Positions 28,142-37,170 of a stretch of DNA of 64,000 nt are shown here, piece by piece. How positions within the stretch are numbered: position 1 is the first letter of the stretch; every line of letters starts with the position of its first letter. Under the pieces are notes generated by a model, which saw only the letters and a program-made list of their open reading frames with translations, was not told where the DNA came from and did no database searches. Source of the DNA: an uncultured Azospirillum sp. Lineage in GTDB: Bacteria; Pseudomonadota; Alphaproteobacteria; RF32; CAG-239. A program made the position numbers and the translations under genes. The stretch lies in assembly GCA_900542055.1 (NCBI GenBank), contig UQMA01000003.1:763-64762 (forward strand), given 5' to 3'.

Positions 28142-28585
28142 ATGGATAAACTAACGTCTTTAGAATCTTATTTGCTTGAGCAAAAAGATATTTTTGCTAT
28201 GGCAAATGCGGTTGTACCTTCATTTAGCTATCCTGATTTGGATAACAAAGCTTGTTTTGTTCCTTCTTTTGCTTTTATCAAAGCTTTATTAGAAACAAAC
28301 GACAGCCGAATTTTTAAATTGCTGAATGACAGTATACAAAGTATGAGAGTTTTTGAATGCGCTATTGAAATCGGACACCGTCAATATATTGAAAAATATT
28401 ACAACGGAGTGACCGGATGGATACCTTCAAGCAGTATTATACGTCTGCTTGAGCTGGGCTACAAAGACATTGCGATGGATTTTCTGAGAGTTTTCGCCCG
28501 TGTCTGCTTTGGCTATGACGAGCAGTTGATTAATTATCTTCGCAAACACAATCTCAGTGATGAAGTTCGAGAGCTCTTTTATTAA
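28142..28585 (+). CDS. hypothetical protein
   Basis: 147-aa ORF followed by a strong hairpin terminator. No recognisable motif. Confidence 0.5.
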   Translation: MDKLTSLESYLLEQKDIFAMANAVVPSFSYPDLDNKACFVPSFAFIKALLETNDSRIFKLLNDSIQSMRVFECAIEIGHRQYIEKYYNGVTGWIPSSSIIRLLELGYKDIAMDFLRVFARVCFGYDEQLINYLRKHNLSDEVRELFY

Positions 28586-28595
28586 GTCTCTAAAC

Positions 28596-28638
28596 AAAAA
28601 AAATCTCTGATAAACATCACGTTTATCAGAGATTTTTT
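28596..28638. terminator. bidirectional intrinsic terminator
   Basis: ATCTCTGATAAAC-ATCAC-GTTTATCAGAGAT, a perfect 13-bp hairpin flanked by A-run and T-run, between convergent ORFs. Confidence 0.85.
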
Positions 28639-28653
28639 ATTATAAAACGAATA

Positions 28654-28959
28654 TCACCAACAGCGCTCAAGCTCCTTATTCTGCTCTTTGATAAAATCAT
28701 CCAGAAGCTTTTCGCGGGAAGTAAGCAGCCTATCCAATTCCTGTCGGTCGCAATCGGTAATTTGTTCAAAAGGTTTATGGATAATTTCCAATTCCTTTTC
28801 AATAATTTTTGCTTTCTCCGATTGATATTCTCTTTCCATATCTTTCAGATTTTGCAATTTCTGACTTAACAAACGCCGTTTCATATACAGCCAAATATAC
28901 ATGGCGCCGCTGAAAATAAATAAGAAAATCAGCGCAAACAGTAAATAATAATGTTCCAT
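28654..28959 (-). CDS. hypothetical single-pass membrane protein with a charged coiled-coil tail
   Basis: 101 aa. N-terminal TM (YYLLFALIFLFIFSGAMYIWLY) followed by a K/E-rich helix. Confidence 0.5.
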   Translation of the reverse strand: MEHYYLLFALIFLFIFSGAMYIWLYMKRRLLSQKLQNLKDMEREYQSEKAKIIEKELEIIHKPFEQITDCDRQELDRLLTSREKLLDDFIKEQNKELERCW

Positions 28960-29063
28960 AACGTTGTTTATTTAAAAATTAATAATAAGATTTGTATCTA
29001 AAATAAGCATTTTGCATAATTTTGTCAATCTTTAACCATCTCGAAAATAAAAACAACCTCCCA

Positions 29064-29100
29064 AAACAAAAAAAAGGCTCTCAGAAAACTCTGAAAGCCT
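29064..29100 (-). terminator. intrinsic terminator of tRNA-Lys
   Basis: Minus strand reads AGGCUUUCAGA-GUUUUC-UGAGAGCCU (10 of 11 bp paired) followed by a U-run, starting 7 nt after the tRNA 3' end. Confidence 0.7.
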
Positions 29101-29106
29101 TTCGAG

Positions 29107-29183
29107 TGGTAGGCGCGCAGGGATTCGAACCCTGGACCCACTGATTAAGAGTCAGTTGCTCTAGCCAACTGAGCTACGCACCC
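29107..29183 (-). tRNA. tRNA-Lys (anticodon CTT), CCA encoded
   Basis: Folded by hand. Acceptor GGGTGCG/CGCGCCT, D arm GCTC-AGTTGGCTA-GAGC, anticodon arm ACTGA-CTCTTAA-TCAGT, variable loop GGGTC, T arm CAGGG-TTCGAAT-CCCTG, discriminator A, CCA. Confidence 0.9.
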
Positions 29184-29200
29184 ATAACATCCATGAACGG

Positions 29201-29229
29201 AATATAGACTGTTCAAATTTTATTTGCAA
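29201..29229 (-). promoter_or_regulatory. sigma70-type promoter of tRNA-Lys (TTGCAA-17 nt-TATATT)
   Basis: Minus strand has TTGCAA (29229-29224), 17-nt spacer, TATATT (29206-29201). The predicted TSS is about 10 nt upstream of the mature tRNA 5' end. Confidence 0.6.
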
Positions 29230-29611
29230 CATTTTTTTTATATTTTTATCATTTTTTTCTTGACATATTTTGTCAAAAATTGTACAAACATTTTCAGTTA
29301 CTGATTTTTATTACAATTTTTATATGTAAAAGCTTATATTCAGAATAATCAAAACAAAAATATTTGTTGCCATTATACATTATATTGCTGTCTCAAAAAA
29401 AGGGAACAGAGATGCATTTTTGCATTTTGTATATTTTTACCATAGTGAAACAACATATATATACCTCTGCTCCTGTTTTAAGGTAGTTTTTAGCTTGTGA
29501 AAGTTAAAACTGCCTTTTTTTATTTTAAAAATTGAAATTCAGCTTCAAAAAAGTCCTTCAAAACCGCTAAAAGTTTTGAAGGACTTTCATTATTTGCGTA
29601 AAGATATAACA

Positions 29612-31876
29612 TCAAAAACGATTATTATTTATATTGCCTTTAGCCGCCGCAGGAACATCTTTAAAGTTTTTAACCCGCTCCCATATAGCAGCCGCTTTCT
29701 CCGGCGGATAATTTTTATAACAAAAATCAACTCTGTAAAAATCAGCTTTGACTTGTTGAGCCTCTTTAGAAAAACACAAAGGTTTATCGTCAAAAACAAA
29801 AGTTTGGCAATTCTGCGACAAAGCCCAATAAGTTTTGCCGTCTTTTTGCAACATCATCCAACGTGTGCCTTTAGGACATTTGGCGCAAGGATTTTCTCTA
29901 ATACAAACCGCACTTGAAAACAGCGGAAAATCTCCGTATATCGGAAACACCGTCGGCAACGGCGATTTTTCGGACAATTTTTGCAAATTATCCAAAGTAT
30001 CCTCAACCGACAAAGTAACACGGCTTGCACCTATTTCGCCGGCCATTGCCGAAGCCTGACTATTCATGACATACAAGCTGCTGTCAAAAGCCAAATCAAT
30101 TCCTCGTTCCGGCAATAAAGATAATGCCCACCAATTGCCGATTGTCCATTTTTTGTAGCCGCTTTCCAACAGTTGTTTTATTTTTTTCTCCCATTGAACA
30201 GCATTTCTGGCCAAAGCCGGCAAAACAATGCGAATTTTTGATTTCGGCAAAGCCTTCAGCTCATCTAATTCGGTATCTAAACCAACAAAAATTTCAACTT
30301 CGGCAACATCGGACAAATCTATTTGCGACAAGCAGGACACATTATCGGTTCTGACAATCCAACGCCCTTTAAGCGTTTCACGCGGCTGCATAACTTCGGG
30401 AAGAATCCCATGTTTCAAACTCGGTTTTATTTGCTCATATAAATCTCTGCGCAGCTCATTCAACAAAGATACAGGCACAAAAAGCCCCTGAGGATTATTG
30501 ATTGTTAATTTTTTTAACTCAAAAACAGTATCTCCGGTTTTGGCAAAAGCTTTCTTAACCGCATCTTCCGTCTTGACCGGATTTTCGGCTTTTTCAAACG
30601 AACCATTCACACAGCTTTGAACGCCGCCGACCTGAGCCGTAACTTTTTCAGACGCTATATCTACCTCAACATCAATCGGATACCGACGAATGAATTCTCC
30701 GGCTTTGGGTTTGCTGTAATCATAGCCGCCCTTCACTTCACTGGCTGATGCCAAATAAATTTTTTGCCCTTTTGCCAAACCTGCTGCTTTCGGCGGCAAT
30801 TGAACGGTTACATCGTCACCGGATAAAGCCTCAAAAACTTTGCGCCCTTTCACCTGCATATCCTGTACGGAAAATCCGAAAGGTTTTTCCTGTCCTTCTA
30901 TTTCAATCTGCAAGCCGTCATGGCGTGAAATTTTATGACTGGCGTGAAAAATCATTCTGCCTTTGAAAACTTGTTCAACTTTTCCTACCGGCAGCCCTCT
31001 ATGACCGACAAAATCACGATCAACCACGGTTTTATCTTTACCGTTAAACATAAATTTACACCATGGACGTGAAAAAATTTGTTTTATATTTTCTTCTTTT
31101 TGAATTTGCGCTCCATGCCCGTCTAAGATATTGCGATAATAATCGGTAACAGCTGCCACATATAAAGCGTTTTTCTTACGCCCTTCTATTTTAAGCGATG
31201 TAACCGGCATTTTCAGCACATCGTCTTGCAGCGCCATATCTTTCATTGAAAAATAGTGTTTTTCTCCGGCAGCTCCCTTAAAAGCAGAACGGCAAGGATA
31301 TAAACATTTTCCGCGATTGGCGCTGCGTCCGCTTTCAAGCGATGAAAACAGGCATAAACCGCTGTATGAATAACACAAAGCGCCATGAATAAAAGCTTCG
31401 GTTTCCAAATTAGGAATAGAAGCAATATCTTTTATTTCAGCCAAAGAGAGTTCTCGCGCCAAAACAACACGCTTAAAACCAATTTTTTGCAAAGCCAAAG
31501 CGCCTTGCTTATTATGCACGGCCATTTGCGTGCTGGCATGAAGTTCCAACTCCGGATATTGCTCTTTTATAATGCGGGCAACGCCCAAATCCTGAAGAAT
31601 TATACCGTCAACGCGGCAATTAGAACAAATATCCAAACTCTTCAGCAATTCGGGCAATTCGCTTTCCTGAACCAAAGTGTTAACCGCAGCATAAACTTTA
31701 CGTTTCAGGTTATGGGCATAGCCAACAAAAGCATTTAATTCGGTTTCGTCAAAATTTGCCGCAGTTGCCCTTGCAGAAAAGTGTTTTAACCCAAGATAAA
31801 CGGCATCGGCTCCATAATATAAAGCGGCATAACCGGCTTCAATATCTCCGGCCGGAGCCAAAAGTTCTTTTTTCAT
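29612..31876 (-). CDS. peptidase U32 family protein (long form with C-terminal extension)
   Basis: 754 aa. N-terminus MKKELLAPAGDIEAGYAALYYGADAVYLG and the HGALCYSYSGLCLFSS Cys-containing motif are typical of the U32 family. Confidence 0.85.
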   Translation of the reverse strand: MKKELLAPAGDIEAGYAALYYGADAVYLGLKHFSARATAANFDETELNAFVGYAHNLKRKVYAAVNTLVQESELPELLKSLDICSNCRVDGIILQDLGVARIIKEQYPELELHASTQMAVHNKQGALALQKIGFKRVVLARELSLAEIKDIASIPNLETEAFIHGALCYSYSGLCLFSSLESGRSANRGKCLYPCRSAFKGAAGEKHYFSMKDMALQDDVLKMPVTSLKIEGRKKNALYVAAVTDYYRNILDGHGAQIQKEENIKQIFSRPWCKFMFNGKDKTVVDRDFVGHRGLPVGKVEQVFKGRMIFHASHKISRHDGLQIEIEGQEKPFGFSVQDMQVKGRKVFEALSGDDVTVQLPPKAAGLAKGQKIYLASASEVKGGYDYSKPKAGEFIRRYPIDVEVDIASEKVTAQVGGVQSCVNGSFEKAENPVKTEDAVKKAFAKTGDTVFELKKLTINNPQGLFVPVSLLNELRRDLYEQIKPSLKHGILPEVMQPRETLKGRWIVRTDNVSCLSQIDLSDVAEVEIFVGLDTELDELKALPKSKIRIVLPALARNAVQWEKKIKQLLESGYKKWTIGNWWALSLLPERGIDLAFDSSLYVMNSQASAMAGEIGASRVTLSVEDTLDNLQKLSEKSPLPTVFPIYGDFPLFSSAVCIRENPCAKCPKGTRWMMLQKDGKTYWALSQNCQTFVFDDKPLCFSKEAQQVKADFYRVDFCYKNYPPEKAAAIWERVKNFKDVPAAAKGNINNNRF

Positions 31877-31888
31877 TGCAAACCTCTC

Positions 31889-33652
31889 TTATTTCAATTG
31901 GCTTTTATAAAGCGAAGCATACACACCGTTTTCTTTAGCCAACAATTCCTCATGCGTACCGCTTTCAACAATTTCGCCGTAATTAACAACGACAATTCTG
32001 TCAGCATTGCGTACGGTTGACAATCGGTGGGCAATAATAAAGACAGTTCTGTCTTTCATTAAATTATCAATAGCCTGCTGCACAACCGCTTCCGATTTGT
32101 TATCCAAAGCCGAAGTTGCTTCGTCCAAAATAACAATAGGCGCATTTTTGATAAACGCGCGCGCAATGGCAATACGCTGTTTCTGACCGCCGGAAAGCAG
32201 CACGCCCCGTTCACCGATTTCTGTATCCAAACCTTTATCTAAACTGGCTATAAACTCATCTAAACAAGCGTTCTTAACCGCATATTTTATTTCTTCGTCA
32301 GAAGCATTCTCATTACCCAATAAAATATTATCTCTGATTGTTCCGGCAAACAAAAAGTTATCCTGAAAAACCACCGCGATATTGTCGCGCAGAGAGTTCA
32401 AATCATATTTGCGAATATCAATTCCGTCAATCATAACAGAACCCGCTTTAACATCGTAAAAACGAGGCAGCAAATTAACCAAAGTTGTTTTTCCGCCGCC
32501 GGAATTTCCTACAAACGCTATCGTCTGTCCGACTTTAATCAATAAATTGATATTTTTAAGCACCGGCTTGTTGCGAACGTAAGAAAAAGACACATCTTTA
32601 TATTCAATGGCATCTTTAACTTCTTTCAAAGCAATTGGATTTTCACAATTGTGAATAGCCGGAATTCGTTCCAAAAGCGAAAACACACGTTCCATGGCCA
32701 TAAACGCCATTTGTACATTGTTATAGTTATTGCCGATTGATTTAATCGGATTATACAACATAATCAACGCCGTAATAAAAGACACAAAGTTACCGGCCGT
32801 AATTTCTTTATGAACAATCAAATAGCTGCCTATCCAAATAATAAGGGCAATCCCCAGCGAAACGATAAAATGCATCAAAGGCGACATCATTCCCGTGCGC
32901 TGAATCATTTTTATGCCCAATTTAAACACCGATTTTAGTGTATCGTGAAAACGTTTGCGCTGATAACCGTATAGATTGTATGATGTAATAATTCGGTTGC
33001 CGCTGTAAGTTTCATTATAGTGGCTCATAACCGCAGCGCCCGAAAAAATGGTTTTATCCATAACTGATTTAATTTTACGGCGTACGGTTGTTAACGGATA
33101 TAAAGCGCCGAACAAAACCACAACCGCCACCACCGCCAACTGCCATGAGTTGTAAAACAAAACGGCAATAAGCGAAATAGACGAAAACACACGGGTGGTA
33201 AACAATTTAAGGTTTGACAGCAAACCGTTGCAAGCGGCATCGACATCGTTATTGTAACGCATCATAACATTGCCTGAAGTTGTGGTGTCAAAAAAACTTG
33301 CCTCATTAAACATAAGTTTGTCAAACAAATCCATTTTAACATCATTGGCAATTTTGCGCCCAACCCAAGTGTTCAGATAAGTCGCGGCATAGTTTAACGA
33401 ACTTTGCATACAGCTGAAAACAATAATCAGCAAGGGAATATAACTGGTCGCATGGGTCGATTTTTCCACCATGACCACATCCATATAGGGTTTGAGTGAC
33501 CACGCGACAACCGCATCCATCGAACCAATCGGAATAGTAATCAGCACAGATATGAGAGCCCTAAACCAATATGGCTTTACATAAGGAAAAATTTTGCGAT
33601 AGTTAACCACAAAATTAAGCGACATTATCATAGCAATAATTTTTTTGAACAT
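31889..33652 (-). CDS. ABC exporter, fused permease/ATPase (MsbA/lipid A exporter-like)
   Basis: 587 aa. Six-TM N-terminal domain, Walker A GNSGGGKTT, signature LSGGQKQRIAIARA, Walker B ILDEATSALD. 12 nt upstream of the U32 gene. Confidence 0.9.
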   Translation of the reverse strand: MFKKIIAMIMSLNFVVNYRKIFPYVKPYWFRALISVLITIPIGSMDAVVAWSLKPYMDVVMVEKSTHATSYIPLLIIVFSCMQSSLNYAATYLNTWVGRKIANDVKMDLFDKLMFNEASFFDTTTSGNVMMRYNNDVDAACNGLLSNLKLFTTRVFSSISLIAVLFYNSWQLAVVAVVVLFGALYPLTTVRRKIKSVMDKTIFSGAAVMSHYNETYSGNRIITSYNLYGYQRKRFHDTLKSVFKLGIKMIQRTGMMSPLMHFIVSLGIALIIWIGSYLIVHKEITAGNFVSFITALIMLYNPIKSIGNNYNNVQMAFMAMERVFSLLERIPAIHNCENPIALKEVKDAIEYKDVSFSYVRNKPVLKNINLLIKVGQTIAFVGNSGGGKTTLVNLLPRFYDVKAGSVMIDGIDIRKYDLNSLRDNIAVVFQDNFLFAGTIRDNILLGNENASDEEIKYAVKNACLDEFIASLDKGLDTEIGERGVLLSGGQKQRIAIARAFIKNAPIVILDEATSALDNKSEAVVQQAIDNLMKDRTVFIIAHRLSTVRNADRIVVVNYGEIVESGTHEELLAKENGVYASLYKSQLK

Positions 33653-33728
33653 AGGTCTTCTTCATCAATGTTAAAAATCAGGCACATAATATGCAATTTT
33701 TAATAGTTTGCCAAGAATTTTTATCGAC

Positions 33729-33929
33729 TTATTGACACAAAGCCAGTTCTCGACGCAATTTATCAATTCTGGACAGCCATTCCCAAAAATGAGGAGCCTG
33801 CTCAAAACTCAATTTTTCCAATTCTTCGGCAACATTTTCTCCAGCCGGCGGATAAACCGGACAATAATCATAATTTTCCTTTGCGCATGAGCTCAAGCAA
33901 AGCATTGCGATCGGCATTAGGACGCGCAT
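33729..33929 (-). CDS. o-spanin-like outer-membrane lipoprotein
   Basis: Start moved to the internal ATG (MRVLMPIAMLCLSSC, lipobox LSSC). Short Pro-containing mature part (CPVYPPAG). Its 5' end overlaps the 3' end of the i-spanin-like ORF in another frame, the classic overlapped spanin architecture. Confidence 0.6.
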   Translation of the reverse strand: MRVLMPIAMLCLSSCAKENYDYCPVYPPAGENVAEELEKLSFEQAPHFWEWLSRIDKLRRELALCQ

Positions 33930-34074
33930 AAATTTCTGATTTTTTTCTTTCCACATACCTTATCACCTCAACTTTTTTCGTTAAAATTTCGGTTTTTGTC
34001 CGAGAAACTCCAAAAATATACGAGGCGGCAACCAAAGCCGCCGCCATCATCAATATCAAAATTGTTTTTGCCAT
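33868..34074 (-). CDS. i-spanin-like protein
   Basis: Start moved to the ATG at 34074 (MAKTILILMMAAALVAASYIFGV TM helix, then a charged periplasmic segment). Lies downstream of the endolysin. Confidence 0.55.
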   Translation of the reverse strand: MAKTILILMMAAALVAASYIFGVSRTKTEILTKKVEVIRYVERKKSEIYARPNADRNALLELMRKGKL

Positions 34075-34217
34075 TAAAGCAAGTCCGCAATACGGCTTCC
34101 GGCAAAACACAATGCAACTGTTATTCCCCATAAAAGCCAATAAAGACTTTTGTGTTTTACGGCCTGAACAACAAGCCATTTAAAAAAACGATAACGGCAA
34201 AATTTATGTTCTTTCAT
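34074..34217 (-). CDS. unannotated 47-aa single-TM protein in the lysis cassette (holin/antiholin candidate)
   Basis: Below the track cutoff. My translation gives MKEHKFCRYRFFKWLVVQAVKHKSLYWLLWGITVALCFAGSRIADLL. Strong RBS AAAGGAGAAAAA-ATG. Its stop overlaps the i-spanin ATG by 1 nt. Confidence 0.5.
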   Translation of the reverse strand: MKEHKFCRYRFFKWLVVQAVKHKSLYWLLWGITVALCFAGSRIADLL

Positions 34218-34237
34218 TTTTTCTCCTTTGCTTAAAA

Positions 34238-34678
34238 CTATTTTATATCATTATAAAAAAGATGATTTTTTGTTTCATAGCATGGGCTATGATGCTGCGC
34301 CCACTTCGGACAAATGCCTTTTACATGATAAAATGTTGCATTGTTGGTAAAATCAGTTAAACGCTTTGAAAGCGCTTTTTGAGCTGTTTTTAAACACAAA
34401 ACAAATATTTTATCATTTTCATCAACCGCAAACAATTTTCGATAATTAATGTCATTTTTGTTCCAGCAGCTGAATTGAAATTTTTTCAAACAGGTTTGCT
34501 TTATCGAAGCTTTTTTCTTTCCTTTTTCTACAACATACCCCGTAAACCATTTGCCTGCGCGGTAACGATTGATAATAACTCTGGCAACCGCTTCAATTCC
34601 TTCTTGCCCGTCGCCTCTGGCCTCGCCCCACAGCGTGCGTGCCATAATTTGCAAATCATCAAAATTTTCAGGCTCCAT
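34238..34678 (-). CDS. endolysin, SleB/cell-wall hydrolase (Hydrolase_2) family
   Basis: Start moved to the ATG at 34678 (AAGGAGG upstream). MARTLWGEARGDGQEGIEAVARVIINR is the SleB-type cell-wall hydrolase signature. Confidence 0.8.
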   Translation of the reverse strand: MEPENFDDLQIMARTLWGEARGDGQEGIEAVARVIINRYRAGKWFTGYVVEKGKKKASIKQTCLKKFQFSCWNKNDINYRKLFAVDENDKIFVLCLKTAQKALSKRLTDFTNNATFYHVKGICPKWAQHHSPCYETKNHLFYNDIK

Positions 34679-34952
34679 TGCGTCCTCCTTTGCATTTGCA
34701 ATTAAGCAGCAAATCCAGTTTATTTTCAAAACTGTCAAACTTGCTTTCCAGTTTAGCCAACATAATATTTTGCTGATTTTGCATTAAAACAGCCGAAGCC
34801 GTTTCTTTATCGGCTTTATCAAGACGCATTGTCATTATATTCAAACGCTCTTCCAAAGCTCCTTTCCAACTTCCTATTTTTATCAAATTCCACAGCACTC
34901 CGATTAATGCCGCTACCCCCGAAACCCCGCCGGTTATAACTATATTTTCCAT
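34668..34952 (-). CDS. single-TM + coiled-coil protein (holin candidate)
   Basis: 94 aa. N-terminal TM VITGGVSGVAALIGVLWNLI. Immediately upstream of the endolysin (11-nt overlap). Confidence 0.35.
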   Translation of the reverse strand: MENIVITGGVSGVAALIGVLWNLIKIGSWKGALEERLNIMTMRLDKADKETASAVLMQNQQNIMLAKLESKFDSFENKLDLLLNCKCKGGRNGA

Positions 34953-34985
34953 TTTAACACCTCACAAAAAAAGGGCTTACGCCCA

Positions 34986-35273
34986 TTATTCTTTCGGATA
35001 CTTGTCTTTAACACCGCTGATTTTTTCCACCCATAAATTTGTATTATTGACTTTATCCCAATAAATCATATCCAGCTGTTCTCCAATATCAGGATAAGCA
35101 GCCAATCTTTTTTCACGATAGGTTAAAATTTCGGCTTTGCTTTTCTCGCAATAAAAACAATTATTATTTTCAATAATTTCATAACCATGGGCATTGCACC
35201 AATCCGACCACTTTTCGTAAAGTTCGGCATCAAAATACGCTCTTTCCATTTTTATATTTTTGAAATCAACCAT
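34986..35273 (-). CDS. phage hypothetical protein (downstream of fibre genes)
   Basis: 95-aa ORF with a tight 9-nt gap to the upstream fibre-like gene. No motif I can name with confidence. Confidence 0.45.
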   Translation of the reverse strand: MVDFKNIKMERAYFDAELYEKWSDWCNAHGYEIIENNNCFYCEKSKAEILTYREKRLAAYPDIGEQLDMIYWDKVNNTNLWVEKISGVKDKYPKE

Positions 35274-35282
35274 AGTTTTCTC

Positions 35283-36053
35283 CTAAAAACCTATCGCTAT
35301 CCACCACCAGGCAGCAGTATTGACGGTGTAACATTTAAATCCGGTTGTTGAATAACTGCGTATCAAAAGCGTATAAACCCCATTGGTTGCCGTGGCTGTT
35401 GAAGTTCGACCGGTGGCAATGGCATAAGACGTGCCGGAAAAAGGCTGTTTATAAGTTATGGAAGCCGTTGTGTTGTCAACAACAAGTCTTCCCCATTGCA
35501 AAATAAGTCCGCTGGCGAATTTTATATAGCCGTTTCCCTTATCCGTTACATTTCCGCCATTTACGAAAGCCGTCGTCGCAACCAGATTTGAAATATCGTT
35601 TTTTTCAGCTGTCATTGCCTGCAGCAATCCGCTGAAAGTTTTATCACCGATAATATTCTGCTCGCCGTCAAGCGTTACGATATTTTCCAATGATGCGGCT
35701 ATTTGTTGCAAACCATTATCAACAAACTCATCAACTTTGTCTTTTGCCGTCAAAAGAACATCATTTGCGCCTTTAGCCGACTGCGCCGCTGCCTCCGCAT
35801 TTTGTTCGGCTTGTTCAACCAGCTGTTCAACATTTTTTCGACCTTCCGCCGCTGTTTCTTTCAGCAGTTGTTTTTGCTTTTCCGAACAGACATTAATCTC
35901 CGGCATGGCTACATTATCGACATAATATTTTATTTCTTCTTCTCCTGATTTTATATACCTGATGTCAATTTTAGTATCTAAATCTACATCTTTCTGAAAC
36001 AAAACACTGAAATCTTTTGCCGCATAATTTTCAAACAAATTAACTTCTGCCAT
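35283..36053 (-). CDS. tail fibre-like protein
   Basis: Start moved to the ATG at 36053 (GAGGAGG upstream). Alanine-rich coiled-coil N-terminal part, beta-rich C-terminal domain ending WWWIAIGF. Positioned after the collar-domain fibre. Confidence 0.5.
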   Translation of the reverse strand: MAEVNLFENYAAKDFSVLFQKDVDLDTKIDIRYIKSGEEEIKYYVDNVAMPEINVCSEKQKQLLKETAAEGRKNVEQLVEQAEQNAEAAAQSAKGANDVLLTAKDKVDEFVDNGLQQIAASLENIVTLDGEQNIIGDKTFSGLLQAMTAEKNDISNLVATTAFVNGGNVTDKGNGYIKFASGLILQWGRLVVDNTTASITYKQPFSGTSYAIATGRTSTATATNGVYTLLIRSYSTTGFKCYTVNTAAWWWIAIGF

Positions 36054-36402
36054 CAGTAACCTCCTCGCTGATTTGAAATACACCGTTAGCGGTCATATCT
36101 TGCGGAAAAATTGTATGAACATCGCCGTTTTTAAGAACTGTTTTTATGTTCACCTCATAAAATCCGACATCCATTAAGGTATGCTGCGGTTTTATTTTTA
36201 TCCGCGCCGTACCTTTTTCGGCATTAATGATTTCAGCGGCAATTTTGTGTAAAAATTCTCCTTTGGAACTTTGTATAACAAGAAAAACCGAGACCCCCTC
36301 AATATTCATGGGTTCTCCATTTTTCAATTTAAAATTCATCACAATATCAAAACTGTCGCCTCTGCGAATTAAAATTCCGTTTTGTGTCATCAATCCTGCC
36401 AT
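36040..36402 (-). CDS. phage structural hypothetical protein (Ig/beta-sandwich-like by composition)
   Basis: 120-aa ORF, 1 nt after the collar-fibre gene stop. Confidence 0.45.
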   Translation of the reverse strand: MAGLMTQNGILIRRGDSFDIVMNFKLKNGEPMNIEGVSVFLVIQSSKGEFLHKIAAEIINAEKGTARIKIKPQHTLMDVGFYEVNIKTVLKNGDVHTIFPQDMTANGVFQISEEVTDGRS

Positions 36403-36403
36403 A

Positions 36404-37168
36404 TCAATCCTCCCGTGCTTTTATAAAATAGTTCAGAGCAATATTTTTGACCCTGATTTCAGACGCACGCCCATAAACGGCACTGGAACGCGCAGCACTA
36501 AATTTAAATTGCCTTTGATTATTTACCGGATTATCACCACCGCGATTACCGGTTGCGCTTCCGGTGACTGCGCCGCTCTCTTCCGCCGATGTATAACAAT
36601 CCGAACGCCAGCCGGCCGTAATGTTTGGAGCTCCATCTTGTTGATAACTGCCGAAAACACGGTCTTTATCCAGCCCGCGCCCGTTGTCTGAACCGCGCAC
36701 TGTAACTCCCCGACAATCCGGTATATTAAAAGTTGTTACTCCGTTTCCTTTTCCAAAAGCCGTTCCTATGGCGGAAAACAATTCTTCATAATCGTTACGC
36801 TCAATTTCTCTTCCGTCACACAACAGCCAATTATTATGGTCGCTTTGTAAAGCCGAACATTTTACATCACCAACGCACAAAGTTTGATTAAGCTGTTCCA
36901 TAACTTCGTTTTTTGTCTTTTCAAGCTGACGGCGGTTAACGGCATCTTGAGCCGAAGTCGGGTCGCCTAAATTAACCAATTTGAAACCTCCGAGATTCAA
37001 ATTGCCTTCCAACGGCACCAATCCGTTACGGAGCAAACATTCATTAAGGCCATCGGCAAAATTATCATCTTCTTCATCATGATGATCGCTGACAATATCA
37101 ATATCATCTATACGGTCTTGCTCCCAACTATGCAGGCGTGTAAATTTTCCTTGTGAATCAAAGGGCAT
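36404..37168 (-). CDS. tail fibre protein with a phage tail-collar domain
   Basis: 254 aa. WLLCDGREIERNDYEELFSAIGTAFGKGNGVTTFNIPDCRG is the phage Tail_Collar signature. Confidence 0.8.
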   Translation of the reverse strand: MPFDSQGKFTRLHSWEQDRIDDIDIVSDHHDEEDDNFADGLNECLLRNGLVPLEGNLNLGGFKLVNLGDPTSAQDAVNRRQLEKTKNEVMEQLNQTLCVGDVKCSALQSDHNNWLLCDGREIERNDYEELFSAIGTAFGKGNGVTTFNIPDCRGVTVRGSDNGRGLDKDRVFGSYQQDGAPNITAGWRSDCYTSAEESGAVTGSATGNRGGDNPVNNQRQFKFSAARSSAVYGRASEIRVKNIALNYFIKARED

Positions 37169-37170
37169 AT

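Noticed and set aside
29107-29183. tRNA-Lys as the attachment site of the phage-derived cluster
   Set aside because: The tRNA is 4.5 kb from the nearest phage gene. Ordinary-looking genes (U32 peptidase, ABC exporter) lie in between, there is no integrase next to it, and I saw no duplicated tRNA 3' segment. I could not search exhaustively by eye.
29412-29486. Type I toxin interpretation of the 24-aa peptide MHFCILYIFTIVKQHIYTSAPVLR
   Set aside because: The hydrophobic stretch is only about 13 residues, too short for a membrane helix, and no antisense RNA promoter was evident.
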